Origin: an uncultured Bacillales bacterium
GTDB taxonomy: Bacteria > Bacillota_I > Bacilli_A > RF39 > UBA660
Length of the DNA stretch: 64,000 bases
Assembly (NCBI GenBank): GCA_946539445.1
Contig: CAMNHK010000004.1
Location: forward strand, 5,897 to 69,896
Direction of reading: 5' to 3'
In this document: in pieces, positions 36,954 to 48,430 of the stretch
Numbering within the stretch: position 1 is the stretch's first letter
Layout of the letters: each line of letters begins with the position of its first letter
Program-made: the position numbers and the translations under genes
Notes under the pieces: model-generated
Database searches by the model: none
What the model saw: only the letters and a program-made list of their open reading frames with translations
Told to the model about the DNA's origin: nothing

Positions 36954-38378
36954 TTAGTTATTTAACTCTTCGGTTAAAAGTTCCATGGCAAGTCTTGGGT
37001 TGGCTTTTCCTTTTGTTTCTTTCATGACTTGTCCCATCAAGAACTTAATCGCACGATCGTGACCGTTTTTATAATCTTCTACACTTTCTGGATTGGAAGC
37101 AATAATCTCTTGGATGACTTTTCGTATTTCTCCATCATCGGTAATGTTTTCAATACCATTGTCTTTCATGATATCTTGGATGGTTTTTTCTTGCTCCATA
37201 ACCATTGTTAGAATATCTTTCAAGTTTTTACTCGTTAGCGTATCACTATCGACTAAGTTTACTAATTCGATAAATCTTTCTTTATTTAAAGTCGTTTCTC
37301 CTATTTCTTTTTCTTCTTTATTTAAGTAAGCAGAAATGTCTCCTAATAATAAATTACTAGCAGTTTTAAAGTTAATATTTTCATTAAGTAATGTATTAAA
37401 GAAATCACTTAGTGGTCGATTTTGAATTAATTTATTGGCATTTATTTCTAAAACGCCTTTTTCCACATAAATCTTTCTTCTTTCATCTGGTAACATAGGA
37501 ATTCCTTTTTTGGCTTCTTCTATCATTTCTTCGGTAATGATGACAAAAGGAATATCTGGTTCTGGGAAATAGCGATAGTCATTTCCCGTTTCTTTTACAC
37601 GCATTAATACGGTGTCTTGTAGTTTGTCATCAAAACGTCTTGTTTGAGGTTGGAATGTTTCTCCTTTATCATATAAAGCTGCTTGTCTTTCAATCTCTTT
37701 TTCAATACTTAATCCAACATTTGAGATAGAACCAATATTTTTAATTTCAGCTTTCGTACCAAATGGATCTTTTTCACTCTTACGGATAGAGACATTGGCA
37801 TCGGCTCTCATAGAACCTTCTTCCATTTTACAGTCACTTATATCTCCATAGAATAATAATTCCTTTAATTTTTCGAGATAGGCTTTAGCCTCTTGACTAC
37901 TAGTCATACATGGTTTGGTAACAATTTCAATTAATGGAACTCCTGCACGATTGAAGTCAAGGAATGTTTTCGTTCCGCGATGGGCACTTTTACATGTATC
38001 TTCCTCTATGTGCATCTCTTCAATTTCTACTTTTTTCTTTTCTCCATTGATTTCAATTTCTACATATCCATCATATCCTATTGGTGTTCTTGCCTGAGTA
38101 ATTTGATAATTCTTTGGATTATCTGGATAGAAATAATTTTTACGATCGAAGAACATCTCATGACGGATTTTACAATTTAAAATCGTGGCAGCACGAATGG
38201 CTAGATTTACTACTTCTTCATTCAAAGTAGGGAGAGTTCCAGGATATCCTAGATCGACCACATTTGTTAAAGAATTGGCCATTTGACCATATCCATTTTT
38301 GGAGTTTGAGAATATTTTTGTTTTGGTTTTTAATTCAACGTGTACTTCTACACCAATCGTTGGTATATAATTTGCCAT
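36954..38378 (-). CDS. gatB: Asp/Glu-tRNA amidotransferase subunit B
   Basis: MANYIPTIGVEVHVELKT...NRAGVPLIEIVT... with a C-terminal YqeY-like tail. It overlaps the gatA stop by 1 nt. Confidence 0.95.
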   Translation of the reverse strand: MANYIPTIGVEVHVELKTKTKIFSNSKNGYGQMANSLTNVVDLGYPGTLPTLNEEVVNLAIRAATILNCKIRHEMFFDRKNYFYPDNPKNYQITQARTPIGYDGYVEIEINGEKKKVEIEEMHIEEDTCKSAHRGTKTFLDFNRAGVPLIEIVTKPCMTSSQEAKAYLEKLKELLFYGDISDCKMEEGSMRADANVSIRKSEKDPFGTKAEIKNIGSISNVGLSIEKEIERQAALYDKGETFQPQTRRFDDKLQDTVLMRVKETGNDYRYFPEPDIPFVIITEEMIEEAKKGIPMLPDERRKIYVEKGVLEINANKLIQNRPLSDFFNTLLNENINFKTASNLLLGDISAYLNKEEKEIGETTLNKERFIELVNLVDSDTLTSKNLKDILTMVMEQEKTIQDIMKDNGIENITDDGEIRKVIQEIIASNPESVEDYKNGHDRAIKFLMGQVMKETKGKANPRLAMELLTEELNN

Positions 38379-39826
38379 TACTTCTCACCTCCTGGGGTTA
38401 ACTCTAAGTTTAATGATTTCTCAATAAAACTTCCTAATTGATAAATCTTTGCTTCTTCGAAAGAATTTCCAATGATTTGCATACCAATTGGCATATGCTT
38501 ATTATCAAAGCCAACTGGAATATTCATTCCTGGAAGTCCTGCCATATTGACTGGTATTACTAAAACGTCATCCATAAAGGATTTTCTAGGATCGTCCATT
38601 GGATCGGTTAAATCATAAGCGGTTGTTACGGTGGTTGGTCCAATTATTAGATCATATTTTTCAAATACTTTTTTGAATTCTTTACGCATATCATCGCGAA
38701 TGGATAAGGCTTTGTTATAGTATACTTTGGCATTTTCTCCACTTAATAAGTAAGAACCTACCATAATTCTTCTTTTTACTTCTTCTCCAAATCCTTGGCC
38801 TCTTGTTTCTAAGTACATTTCTTCAATATTTTTGATGTTTTCGGCTTGGAATCCATAACGAATTCCATCAAATCTAGCTAGGTTTGAAGAAGCTTCTCCC
38901 ATCGCAATTATTTGATATAGAGTCATGGCGTTTTCTAAGTATTTTATATCTACATAATCTACCGTTGCTCCACTCTTTTCTAATAATTGAATGGTATCTT
39001 TGATTTTTTCTTTTACTTCTTTTGATACGATATCTCCCATTAAGAAGTTTGGAACGGCTATTTTCATTCCTTTAATATCTTTTCCAATGAAACGAGTAAA
39101 ATCTTCTTCTTCTCTTCTAGCAGAAGTTAGGTCTTTTTCATCTTTTCCTACTAAGGCATTTAATAATACTGCGTTTTCGTATACGTTTTTCGTCATTGGC
39201 CCCATTTGATCAAGGGAGGAAGCAAAGGCAACTAAACCATATCGAGAAATTCTACCATAGGTTGGTTTCATCCCAACAATTCCAGTATAACTTGCTGGTT
39301 GACGAATCGATCCACCTGTATCTGATCCAATTGCGAATAAAACATCTCTAGCTGCAATTGTTGCAGCAGATCCACCAGAAGATCCTCCACATATCTTGTC
39401 TTTATTCCATGGGTTTCTAGGAGCTCCAAAGTAACTTGTTCTAGAACTAGATCCCATAGCAAATTCATCCATATTGGTTTTTCCTATGATAATCATGTGT
39501 TTGGCTTTTATCTTTTCTACAACTGTAGCATTATAAATTGGAACAAAGTTTTCTAAGATATGAGAACCACAAGTGGTACGTAGACCTTTGGTAATAATAT
39601 TATCTTTTACCGCAATGGGTAGTCCAAATAATAAATTATCTACTTCTTTTCCTTCTAATTCTTTGGCTTCTTTTAATGCTTCTTCTTTATTCAAGGTAAT
39701 ATATGCATTCAGTTCTTTATTCTTTTCAATGTTTTCAAAGGCTTCTTCTACTAAATCCACTGGAGTAATTGTTTTATTTTTTAATAATTCATGAATTTCT
39801 GTAATACTCTTATTCAAATACTTCAT
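38378..39826 (-). CDS. gatA: Glu-tRNA(Gln) amidotransferase subunit A
   Basis: Amidase signature GGSSGGSAA..GSDTGGSIRQPA. The start was moved to MKYLNKS (ATG 39826), 1 nt after the gatC stop, with RBS GAGGGTG. Confidence 0.95.
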   Translation of the reverse strand: MKYLNKSITEIHELLKNKTITPVDLVEEAFENIEKNKELNAYITLNKEEALKEAKELEGKEVDNLLFGLPIAVKDNIITKGLRTTCGSHILENFVPIYNATVVEKIKAKHMIIIGKTNMDEFAMGSSSRTSYFGAPRNPWNKDKICGGSSGGSAATIAARDVLFAIGSDTGGSIRQPASYTGIVGMKPTYGRISRYGLVAFASSLDQMGPMTKNVYENAVLLNALVGKDEKDLTSARREEEDFTRFIGKDIKGMKIAVPNFLMGDIVSKEVKEKIKDTIQLLEKSGATVDYVDIKYLENAMTLYQIIAMGEASSNLARFDGIRYGFQAENIKNIEEMYLETRGQGFGEEVKRRIMVGSYLLSGENAKVYYNKALSIRDDMRKEFKKVFEKYDLIIGPTTVTTAYDLTDPMDDPRKSFMDDVLVIPVNMAGLPGMNIPVGFDNKHMPIGMQIIGNSFEEAKIYQLGSFIEKSLNLELTPGGEK

Positions 39827-39827
39827 T

Positions 39828-40136
39828 TTAAGCACCCTCACTTTCTCCAATAACTACTGGAACTTCTATATAGTTACCGGCATGATGGGGAGCATTCTCT
39901 ACTACTTGCTTTGGATCTAGCATTTCTCCTTCTTCATCTTTTCTAAGTTCTGTATTTCCATCCCAACAAGCAATAAGAATATCATCATCATATCCTTTTA
40001 CATCATTTATCTTTTCTACATCTTTTAATAATTTTTTTAATTCTACTTGGTATTTTTCAATCTCTTCTTCGGATAATTGAATACGAGCTAATCTAGCAAC
40101 GTGTAGTACCTCTTCTCTGGTAAGTTTTTCTTCCAT
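39828..40136 (-). CDS. gatC: Glu-tRNA(Gln) amidotransferase subunit C
   Basis: LTREEVLHVARLARIQLSEEEIEKY is typical of GatC. The start was moved to MEEKLT (ATG 40136), with GGAAGGAG 8 nt upstream. Confidence 0.9.
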   Translation of the reverse strand: MEEKLTREEVLHVARLARIQLSEEEIEKYQVELKKLLKDVEKINDVKGYDDDILIACWDGNTELRKDEEGEMLDPKQVVENAPHHAGNYIEVPVVIGESEGA

Positions 40137-40194
40137 GAAAAACACTCCTTCCATAACTCAATTTATTATATCATATTTTCTTCTTTCATACATA

Positions 40195-40219
40195 GAAAAA
40201 GAAGAGGAAATTCTCTTCT
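40195..40219 (-). terminator. Second terminator-like hairpin upstream of gatC
   Basis: AGAAGAG-AATTTC-CTCTTCT followed by TTTTC on the minus strand. It lies between a TGCTATAAT box and a TGATATAAT box. Confidence 0.45.
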
Positions 40220-40227
40220 ATTATAGC

Positions 40228-40255
40228 AAAAAAAAAGAGTATTTTTTACTCTTTT
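40228..40255 (-). terminator. Terminator of the 230-aa gene
   Basis: AAAAGAGTA-AAAAA-TACTCTTTT followed by T-run on the minus strand. It overlaps the stop codon. Confidence 0.7.
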
Positions 40256-40946
40256 ATTGTTCTGCAAAACAGTTTTCTATGATATAAGTAGGATTCTTTT
40301 TCTTGGTTCCTTCTTTATACTCTACTAATGTACCAATAATGGTAATTTCTTTTCCTGTTTCTAATTCCTCTAAATTATCTTGTTCTTCTACCATATTACA
40401 GATAATATCGATAGAATATTTTCCACCTTCATCTACATACCCAAGGGTAATTTGTTTTTTCTTTTCCTCTACTTTTTGAAGATTTGAAATCACTCTTACG
40501 AATTTTTTATAATACTTTTCATAAGTAGCATATCCTTCTTCTTGGGTTTCAATTGCTAGATCAACATCTTGGATTGTAATAGGAGTTGTATTATATTTTA
40601 GACTCCAAAGTCCAATTTCCATATCTCTTCTTCCTTGGACTTGGTTGTATTTAATTACTTTATATCCTAATCCATAATACTCTCTTGTTCCCCCATCCTT
40701 ATATTTGGCTCCTGGAATTGCAAAGAATGGTCCAACATTGTATCTAGCTACCGCAATTACATCAGTTGCGATTAAGATGAAGGAGATGATAAGAATGATA
40801 AACAATACATTTAATAGACGTTTTACAAGACTAAATCTTCTTTCTTTGGGTGTTTTGTCTATTTTAAAATCTTCATACTCTTCTTCTTGGTAAGAGTCGA
40901 TAATTTCTTCTTCTTTGGTTACAATATCATTTTCTTTTTTTGACAT
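40254..40946 (-). CDS. N-terminally anchored protein of unknown function
   Basis: 230 aa with an acidic cytoplasmic head, one TM segment and an extracytoplasmic domain of about 160 aa. RBS is AGGGGGA. Confidence 0.6.
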   Translation of the reverse strand: MSKKENDIVTKEEEIIDSYQEEEYEDFKIDKTPKERRFSLVKRLLNVLFIILIISFILIATDVIAVARYNVGPFFAIPGAKYKDGGTREYYGLGYKVIKYNQVQGRRDMEIGLWSLKYNTTPITIQDVDLAIETQEEGYATYEKYYKKFVRVISNLQKVEEKKKQITLGYVDEGGKYSIDIICNMVEEQDNLEELETGKEITIIGTLVEYKEGTKKKNPTYIIENCFAEQ

Positions 40947-41002
40947 ACTATGTCCCCCTTATAGGCGTATATTATAGCATATTTTCTTGATTTTGTAAAG
41001 TT

Positions 41003-41521
41003 CTACTGTTCCTTACAATCAAAGCCACTATCTTCCATGAAAATTCTCCAAGATGTTACGTTAAAGATTCCTTTTTCATTTAAATAGTCAAATTGTTTTA
41101 AACGAATTTGGGTTCGATCAAGCTCTGCAATTGTATAAGTAGCTGTATAAGTTCCACGATTACTATCACAATTACAGGTACTGGTAATTCCTTGATAAGC
41201 ATTTAAACCTGTACTATTTTTTGTATAGTATTCACAGGTCTTTTCACTTGGAGTGGATTTTGACCATTCAGCTCGATTGGTTCTGGAAATTAATACTCCT
41301 CTTTGTAAATAAACGGTTTCGGTTTCTTCTACTCCATCATGTCCCACTTCTTTATAGCAAGAAATGGTTTGTTCTTCTGGATACTCCTCTCTCTCTTTTT
41401 TCTGAATTTCTCCCTCTTTTGCTCCTTGAACAAATAAGGTTGTACTAGAAATAGTCAACAGTAAAATGATTAGTAATACACTTATCCAAATTGCTCTTTT
41501 TTTTCTTTTTTCTTGTTTCAT
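41003..41521 (-). CDS. N-terminally anchored Cys-containing small protein of unknown function
   Basis: 172 aa. MKQEKRKKRAIW is followed by a TM segment and then a domain with 5 Cys. RBS is AGGAGA, 3 nt after the ligA stop. Confidence 0.6.
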   Translation of the reverse strand: MKQEKRKKRAIWISVLLIILLLTISSTTLFVQGAKEGEIQKKEREEYPEEQTISCYKEVGHDGVEETETVYLQRGVLISRTNRAEWSKSTPSEKTCEYYTKNSTGLNAYQGITSTCNCDSNRGTYTATYTIAELDRTQIRLKQFDYLNEKGIFNVTSWRIFMEDSGFDCKEQ

Positions 41522-41524
41522 ACT

Positions 41525-43573
<2,049 letters not shown>

Positions 43574-43575
<2 letters not shown>

Positions 43576-44521
43576 ATAATGCTCTTTGTTTTTCTTCTTC
43601 GGCTGCCCAAAGATCGTTTGGATACTCTCCCATAATTACTTTTCTAGTTAGGGCTTTTTTTACTCCATCTAAATCTTCTTTGTATGTTACTCCATACCAA
43701 GTAGCCGTTGTTGGGATTACTTCACATCCAGCATATCCTTCTTCGATGGCTTGGAATAAAATATCTGGAATTAGGTATTCACATTTTTCTAAGTTATCTT
43801 GATTTTTATCTAAGAAAGCTGGAAAATTTGCTTTAATATAGGGGAATATACTTGGTGTAAATAAAAGCATATTCATTGAAACGGTGTCATCTTCTCCTAC
43901 TTCAAAAGATGGAAGGCTTTCGTCTAGTGGTTTAGCAATAATATGTCCTTCTTCATCTCTTCCTACAGAGCTTTCTACTAGTTTTGTTAATTGTCCATCT
44001 TTTATGTTACAAACGCCTCTTTTAACTGCTCCATTTTCGGTAATGGTATTTTTTACTAAATATCCTACCATTCCATAAGGATGAGGTTTTTCATCTTTTA
44101 AGTTTTTTAGGAAACGAGCTCCTCTTTGGAAAGCATCTTTTCCATAAAAATCATCCGCATTAATAATCATAAATGGCTCGTGTACATGATTCTCACAACA
44201 TAAAATAGCATGAGCCGTTCCTAATGGTTTTACTCTTGATGATGGAATTGTATATCCAGCTGGTAAATTATCATTTTTTTGGAAGCAATATTCTACTGGT
44301 ATATGTGGTTCTACTCTTGCTCCAATGGTTTCTTTAAATATATTATAGTTTTCTTCTTTAATTAAAAAAACAACTTTAGTAAAGCCGGCTTGAATCGCAT
44401 CAAAAATAGAATAATCAATGATAAACTCCCCATTAGGTCCCATCGGTTCAATCTGTTTTAATCCACCAAAACGACTTCCCATTCCAGCGGCTAGTATGAC
44501 TAATGTAATATCTTTATTCAT
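43574..44521 (-). CDS. Sugar-phosphate nucleotidyltransferase family protein
   Basis: 315 aa. The N-terminal LVILAAGMGSRFGGLKQ (G-x-G-x-R NTP-transferase loop) is present. Specificity cannot be determined by eye. Confidence 0.6.
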
Positions 44522-44565
44522 TCTAATCCTCCTCGTTTTATAAAGTATTTCTTTTAGCTGGATTC

Positions 44566-44594
44566 ATTATATCATACTTTATGAATTTCGACAA
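44566..44594 (-). promoter_or_regulatory. Sigma-A promoter: TTGTCG, 17-nt spacer, TGATATAAT
   Basis: Read on the minus strand, upstream of the nucleotidyltransferase gene. Confidence 0.7.
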
Positions 44595-44610
44595 ATCAGC
44601 CTTATCTATT

Positions 44611-44636
44611 AAAAAAGAACCATTAATGGTTCTTTT
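44611..44636 (-). terminator. Terminator after pcrA
   Basis: Palindrome AAAGAACCATTAATGGTTCTTT followed by TTTTAA on the minus strand. Confidence 0.65.
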
Positions 44637-46731
44637 ATACTTTTGATAATTTCTTATGGTTCTTCATCAATTTTTTAATTCCATGTGGATGTTTAAAGGC
44701 TACACTTACTAAGGTGTTTGTTACTTCTAATACTTTTCCAGTACCAAATGTTTCGTGATATACATAGTCTCCTACTTGGTAGTCTACTTCTTCCTCTCTA
44801 AACATTTCTCCCACTTCTATTTTTTCTTCTTTCTTAGTCTCTTCTGGAGAGGTATTACTTTCTAATAAGTCCGGACTGATTTCACTAATGAAACGACTCG
44901 CTGGATTTACTTGTTCATTTCCGAATAATAGTCTTCTTCTAGCATTGATTAAGTGCAAATCATCTTTGGCTCTTGTAATAGCAACATACATTAGACGTCT
45001 TTCTTCTTCTACTTCGGAGTTTTCCATTAAGGAATTCATATGAGGAAAGATTCCTTCTTCTAGTCCTACTACAAATACATGAGAAAACTCTAATCCTTTT
45101 ACGGAATGAACGGTCATCAAGCTAATACGATTTGGATCATTTTTATATTCTTCGACATCACTTACTAAACTGGCTTGAAATAATAATTCTTCTAAGGATA
45201 CTAATCCATCTTCTTCTTCGAAACTCTTGGCAATGGATTTAAATTCTTCCAAGTTTTCTAATCGTACTTCGGCTTCTAGGGTATTTTCGTCTTCTAATTC
45301 TTTTCTTAGGCCAGATGCCAATAAAACTTTTTCAATTAATTCGGTAAGAGTTATTTCTTCTTTGATTTCTTTTAATTTTTCAATCATATTTTTAAATTCT
45401 AACTCTTTACCAGAACTGATTGCTTCATAAATACTAATTCCTTCGGCATCGGCTTTTGCTGTTAGGGTTTCAATGGTCTTTAATCCTATTCCTCGTTTTG
45501 GAGTATTAATAATTCTTAATAAGGATATATTATCTTTTGAATTGTGTATTAAACGTAAGTATGCTAATAAGTCTTTAATTTCTTTTCTTGAATAGAAATT
45601 GATACTACCAATCATTTTATATGGCATTTTTTCTTTCATCATTTCTTCTTCTAAAACACGAGATTGAGCATTGGTACGATATAAGATAGCGATATCTTGT
45701 GGTTCTACTTGTTTTTCGAAAAGAGCTTTTATTTGACGAACTACATATTGAGCTTCATCTGTTTCATTATAAGCACGATAATATTTAATCTTTTCTCCTA
45801 CTCCTCGAGAAGTCCAAAGATTTTTTTCTTTTTTCATTTTATTGTTTTTAATAACTTGGTTGGCTGCATCTAAGATAGTACTGGTAGATCGATAATTTTG
45901 TTCTAGTAATATGGTTTTCGCATCTCGATAATCTTTTTCAAAGTTTAGAATATTTTTATAATTTGCTCCTCGGAAACTATAAATACTTTGAGAATCATCT
46001 CCTACACATGTGATGTTTCGATATTTTTCGCTTAATAATTTGGTTAAAATATATTGAGCTTCATTGGTATCCTGATACTCATCTACTAAAATGTATTGAT
46101 ATAAATCTTGATAGCGTTCTAAGACATCTGGATAGTCTTTGAATAATTTAATTGGTAAAAGTAATAAATCATCAAAATCTACGGAATTATTGTTATGTAA
46201 TTTTCTTTCATATTTTTCATAAACTTCTTGAACTACTTTTTCGTAATCACTGACGGCAAATCTTTCATAGGCTTGTGGAGAAATCATATCATTCTTACAA
46301 CTACTGATTTTATTACGAATGGCTTTCGGATTATAAATCTTTGGATCATATCCCATGTCTTTTAAAATCTTTTTTACTACTACTAGTGTATCATCGCTAT
46401 CCATAATGACAAAGTTTTTATCATATCCTAAAACTCCTACGTTTTCCCGAATAAGCTTTAAGCCAAAACTATGGAATGTGGATACTTGAAGTTTTCTAGC
46501 CTCTTCTCCAATCGTTTTATAAATACGGTCTTTCATTTCTTTGGCTGCTTTATTGGTAAAGGTAATGGCTAAAATACTATAAGGGCTTACTTGTTTTTCT
46601 TCTATTAAATAAGCAATTTTGGTCGTAAGAGTTTTTGTTTTCCCAGCTCCTGCTCCCGCAATGATTAATAATGGCCCTTCATTATATAATACCGCTTCTT
46701 TTTGTTTATCATTTAATTCGTTTAAATTCAT
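44635..46731 (-). CDS. pcrA: ATP-dependent DNA helicase PcrA (UvrD/Rep superfamily 1)
   Basis: LLIIAGAGAGKTKTLT (motif I), LVDEYQDTN (motif II), VHSVKGLEF and YVAITRAK, plus a C-terminal GDYVYHETFGTGKV Tudor-like tail. Confidence 0.95.
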   Translation of the reverse strand: MNLNELNDKQKEAVLYNEGPLLIIAGAGAGKTKTLTTKIAYLIEEKQVSPYSILAITFTNKAAKEMKDRIYKTIGEEARKLQVSTFHSFGLKLIRENVGVLGYDKNFVIMDSDDTLVVVKKILKDMGYDPKIYNPKAIRNKISSCKNDMISPQAYERFAVSDYEKVVQEVYEKYERKLHNNNSVDFDDLLLLPIKLFKDYPDVLERYQDLYQYILVDEYQDTNEAQYILTKLLSEKYRNITCVGDDSQSIYSFRGANYKNILNFEKDYRDAKTILLEQNYRSTSTILDAANQVIKNNKMKKEKNLWTSRGVGEKIKYYRAYNETDEAQYVVRQIKALFEKQVEPQDIAILYRTNAQSRVLEEEMMKEKMPYKMIGSINFYSRKEIKDLLAYLRLIHNSKDNISLLRIINTPKRGIGLKTIETLTAKADAEGISIYEAISSGKELEFKNMIEKLKEIKEEITLTELIEKVLLASGLRKELEDENTLEAEVRLENLEEFKSIAKSFEEEDGLVSLEELLFQASLVSDVEEYKNDPNRISLMTVHSVKGLEFSHVFVVGLEEGIFPHMNSLMENSEVEEERRLMYVAITRAKDDLHLINARRRLLFGNEQVNPASRFISEISPDLLESNTSPEETKKEEKIEVGEMFREEEVDYQVGDYVYHETFGTGKVLEVTNTLVSVAFKHPHGIKKLMKNHKKLSKV

Positions 46732-46755
46732 TTTCTCTACTTCCTGTTCTTTTTC

Positions 46756-46784
46756 ATTATATCGTACTTTATTGTGGAAAACAA
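46756..46784 (-). promoter_or_regulatory. Sigma-A promoter: TTGTTT, 17-nt spacer, TATAAT (pcrA)
   Basis: Read on the minus strand between the upstream terminator and the pcrA RBS. Confidence 0.6.
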
Positions 46785-46786
46785 AT

Positions 46787-46815
46787 GAAAAGAAGTGTTC
46801 TTAACGAACACTTCT
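46787..46815 (-). terminator. Terminator closing the adhesin-sortase-membrane protein operon
   Basis: A 10-bp stem AGAAGTGTTC/GAACACTTCT with loop GTTAA that contains the stop codon, followed by TTTTC. Confidence 0.7.
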
Positions 46816-47760
46816 GTATAACTTTTCTAATTCTGTATATTTTTCTTGCTCTCGCTCTAATTCTTTTCTTTTTAATTTTTCTATTTGTAATTCTTCTCTT
46901 AAGATTGAAGCTCTTTTGTCTTTTTCTTTTTGTTCTTTTAACATTTTTAATAATAATTTATAATCTTCTACAGTTAACATATCTTCAAAATCTTTGGTAT
47001 CTCTTCTTGGAGTTTCTTTGATTTCTGGAATGGAAACTGGTGTTAAGACTAATTCTGGAATTGGGTCTATAACCGGTTCTTTTTTCTCTTTTGATGTTTC
47101 TCCAAAGATAAACTCTGGCATATGAACTGGCTCAAAGTTTTCTGGTAGTTGTTTTACTGGTTTACGAACTACTACTTTCTTTGGCATATAGTCTTTACGT
47201 AAGTAGATTAATATTACTTTGTATAGAACTAAGAAGATAATCCAAATAATAAATATCGTAGATGATAATTCAATTAAAGCGGTTGCTTTTGAATTTTGAT
47301 AAACAGAACTTTGGGTAAATACATCTAATTTTTCAGTATTAATTACACTTAAAATTAGAGCTAATATATAATTCATGATTACATATACCACTACATTTAC
47401 TTTTCGGATAATATCCGTAGTTTTAAAATTGAAAATACTGATCCATACGATAATATTTAGTGTGATCATTGCACCTAGGTAAATCGCTAAGTTTGGGAAG
47501 TAAATAGCAATGAATAAGTTGTTCATCATATAATCAAATATTTTACTTAATGATGTGTGATAAGATAATAACAAGAATAATAACATGAAGACAGAGCAAA
47601 CAATGTAAATTGTTTTATTTCGTTTTGCTGTCTTCTGATTTGTAGTCATAAAAATGGTACCTATTACCAGTAATAAAGCAATAATGACAATAAACAAGTA
47701 GGAACTTTTGGATACTGTAAAAAATACAGCCAATTTGTCCCAAAATGACATTTTACTCAT
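46801..47760 (-). CDS. Polytopic membrane protein with cytoplasmic K/E-rich coiled-coil tail, unknown function
   Basis: 319 aa with 5-6 TM segments. The C-terminal part reads ...LKEQKEKDKRASILREELQIEKLKRKELEREQEKY. It lies 22 nt downstream of the sortase gene. RBS is AGGGGG. Confidence 0.6.
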   Translation of the reverse strand: MSKMSFWDKLAVFFTVSKSSYLFIVIIALLLVIGTIFMTTNQKTAKRNKTIYIVCSVFMLLFLLLSYHTSLSKIFDYMMNNLFIAIYFPNLAIYLGAMITLNIIVWISIFNFKTTDIIRKVNVVVYVIMNYILALILSVINTEKLDVFTQSSVYQNSKATALIELSSTIFIIWIIFLVLYKVILIYLRKDYMPKKVVVRKPVKQLPENFEPVHMPEFIFGETSKEKKEPVIDPIPELVLTPVSIPEIKETPRRDTKDFEDMLTVEDYKLLLKMLKEQKEKDKRASILREELQIEKLKRKELEREQEKYTELEKLYRSVR

Positions 47761-47782
47761 ATCTTCAACCCCCTTTAAATTT

Positions 47783-48430
47783 TTATCCTTCTATTCTTAC
47801 TAATTCTGCAATGTAAATTGTTTGCGTTGTAGAATCATTATTGGTACATGTAATTAATGTTAAGGTGTTAACATCATAGTTACGGTAAATTGCTAACTTA
47901 CCTGTTTTAGGTTGTGTATAGATATTTACAATACTATAGACGTAACGTTTTCCTTTATAATCTACGTAAGCTTCATCTCCTGCTCCCAGTTGATATAGCT
48001 CATTGAAGAATGCTTTCCATCCTGTACCGGAATGTCCAGCGATAATTAGGTTTCCTCGTTCTACATCCGGATAGTTGGATCCGTTTACAACGAGGATATT
48101 CTTTTCAACGTCATTTTCCGTTGATCGTTTATCTAAGAATCCCTTCATGAAATTGATTTTAGGTATTGTTAAATAACCAATATACTCGTTTGTTACTTCT
48201 CCTGTTAATTCTTCTTCTACAATTGGTGGAGTGGTAGCTTCCTCTTCGGTTACTTCCACGATTTCTGTTCCATTGTAGAAGACATTTGACATATAGTCAT
48301 AAGCATATACGGTTTTCGCCTGTATATAATTATAAGAAAGAAAGAATCCTCCTATTAATGTGATAACAGCACCAATGAATGCAGTAACACTAGGTGAACC
48401 TTTCTTTCTTATGTTAAGCTCTTTTTCCAT
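47783..48430 (-). CDS. Sortase (class D-like by size and motifs)
   Basis: 215 aa with an N-terminal TM anchor. The catalytic His is in IIAGHSGTG and the catalytic Cys in LTLITCT. Its start overlaps the adhesin 3' end by 17 nt. Confidence 0.8.
   Translation of the reverse strand: MEKELNIRKKGSPSVTAFIGAVITLIGGFFLSYNYIQAKTVYAYDYMSNVFYNGTEIVEVTEEEATTPPIVEEELTGEVTNEYIGYLTIPKINFMKGFLDKRSTENDVEKNILVVNGSNYPDVERGNLIIAGHSGTGWKAFFNELYQLGAGDEAYVDYKGKRYVYSIVNIYTQPKTGKLAIYRNYDVNTLTLITCTNNDSTTQTIYIAELVRIEG

Noticed and set aside
40137-40253. A T-box leader upstream of gatCAB.
   Set aside because: The region is too short (about 115 nt) and is occupied by two terminator hairpins and promoter-like boxes. No T-box (AAUUAGGGUGGUACCGCG-like) sequence is present.
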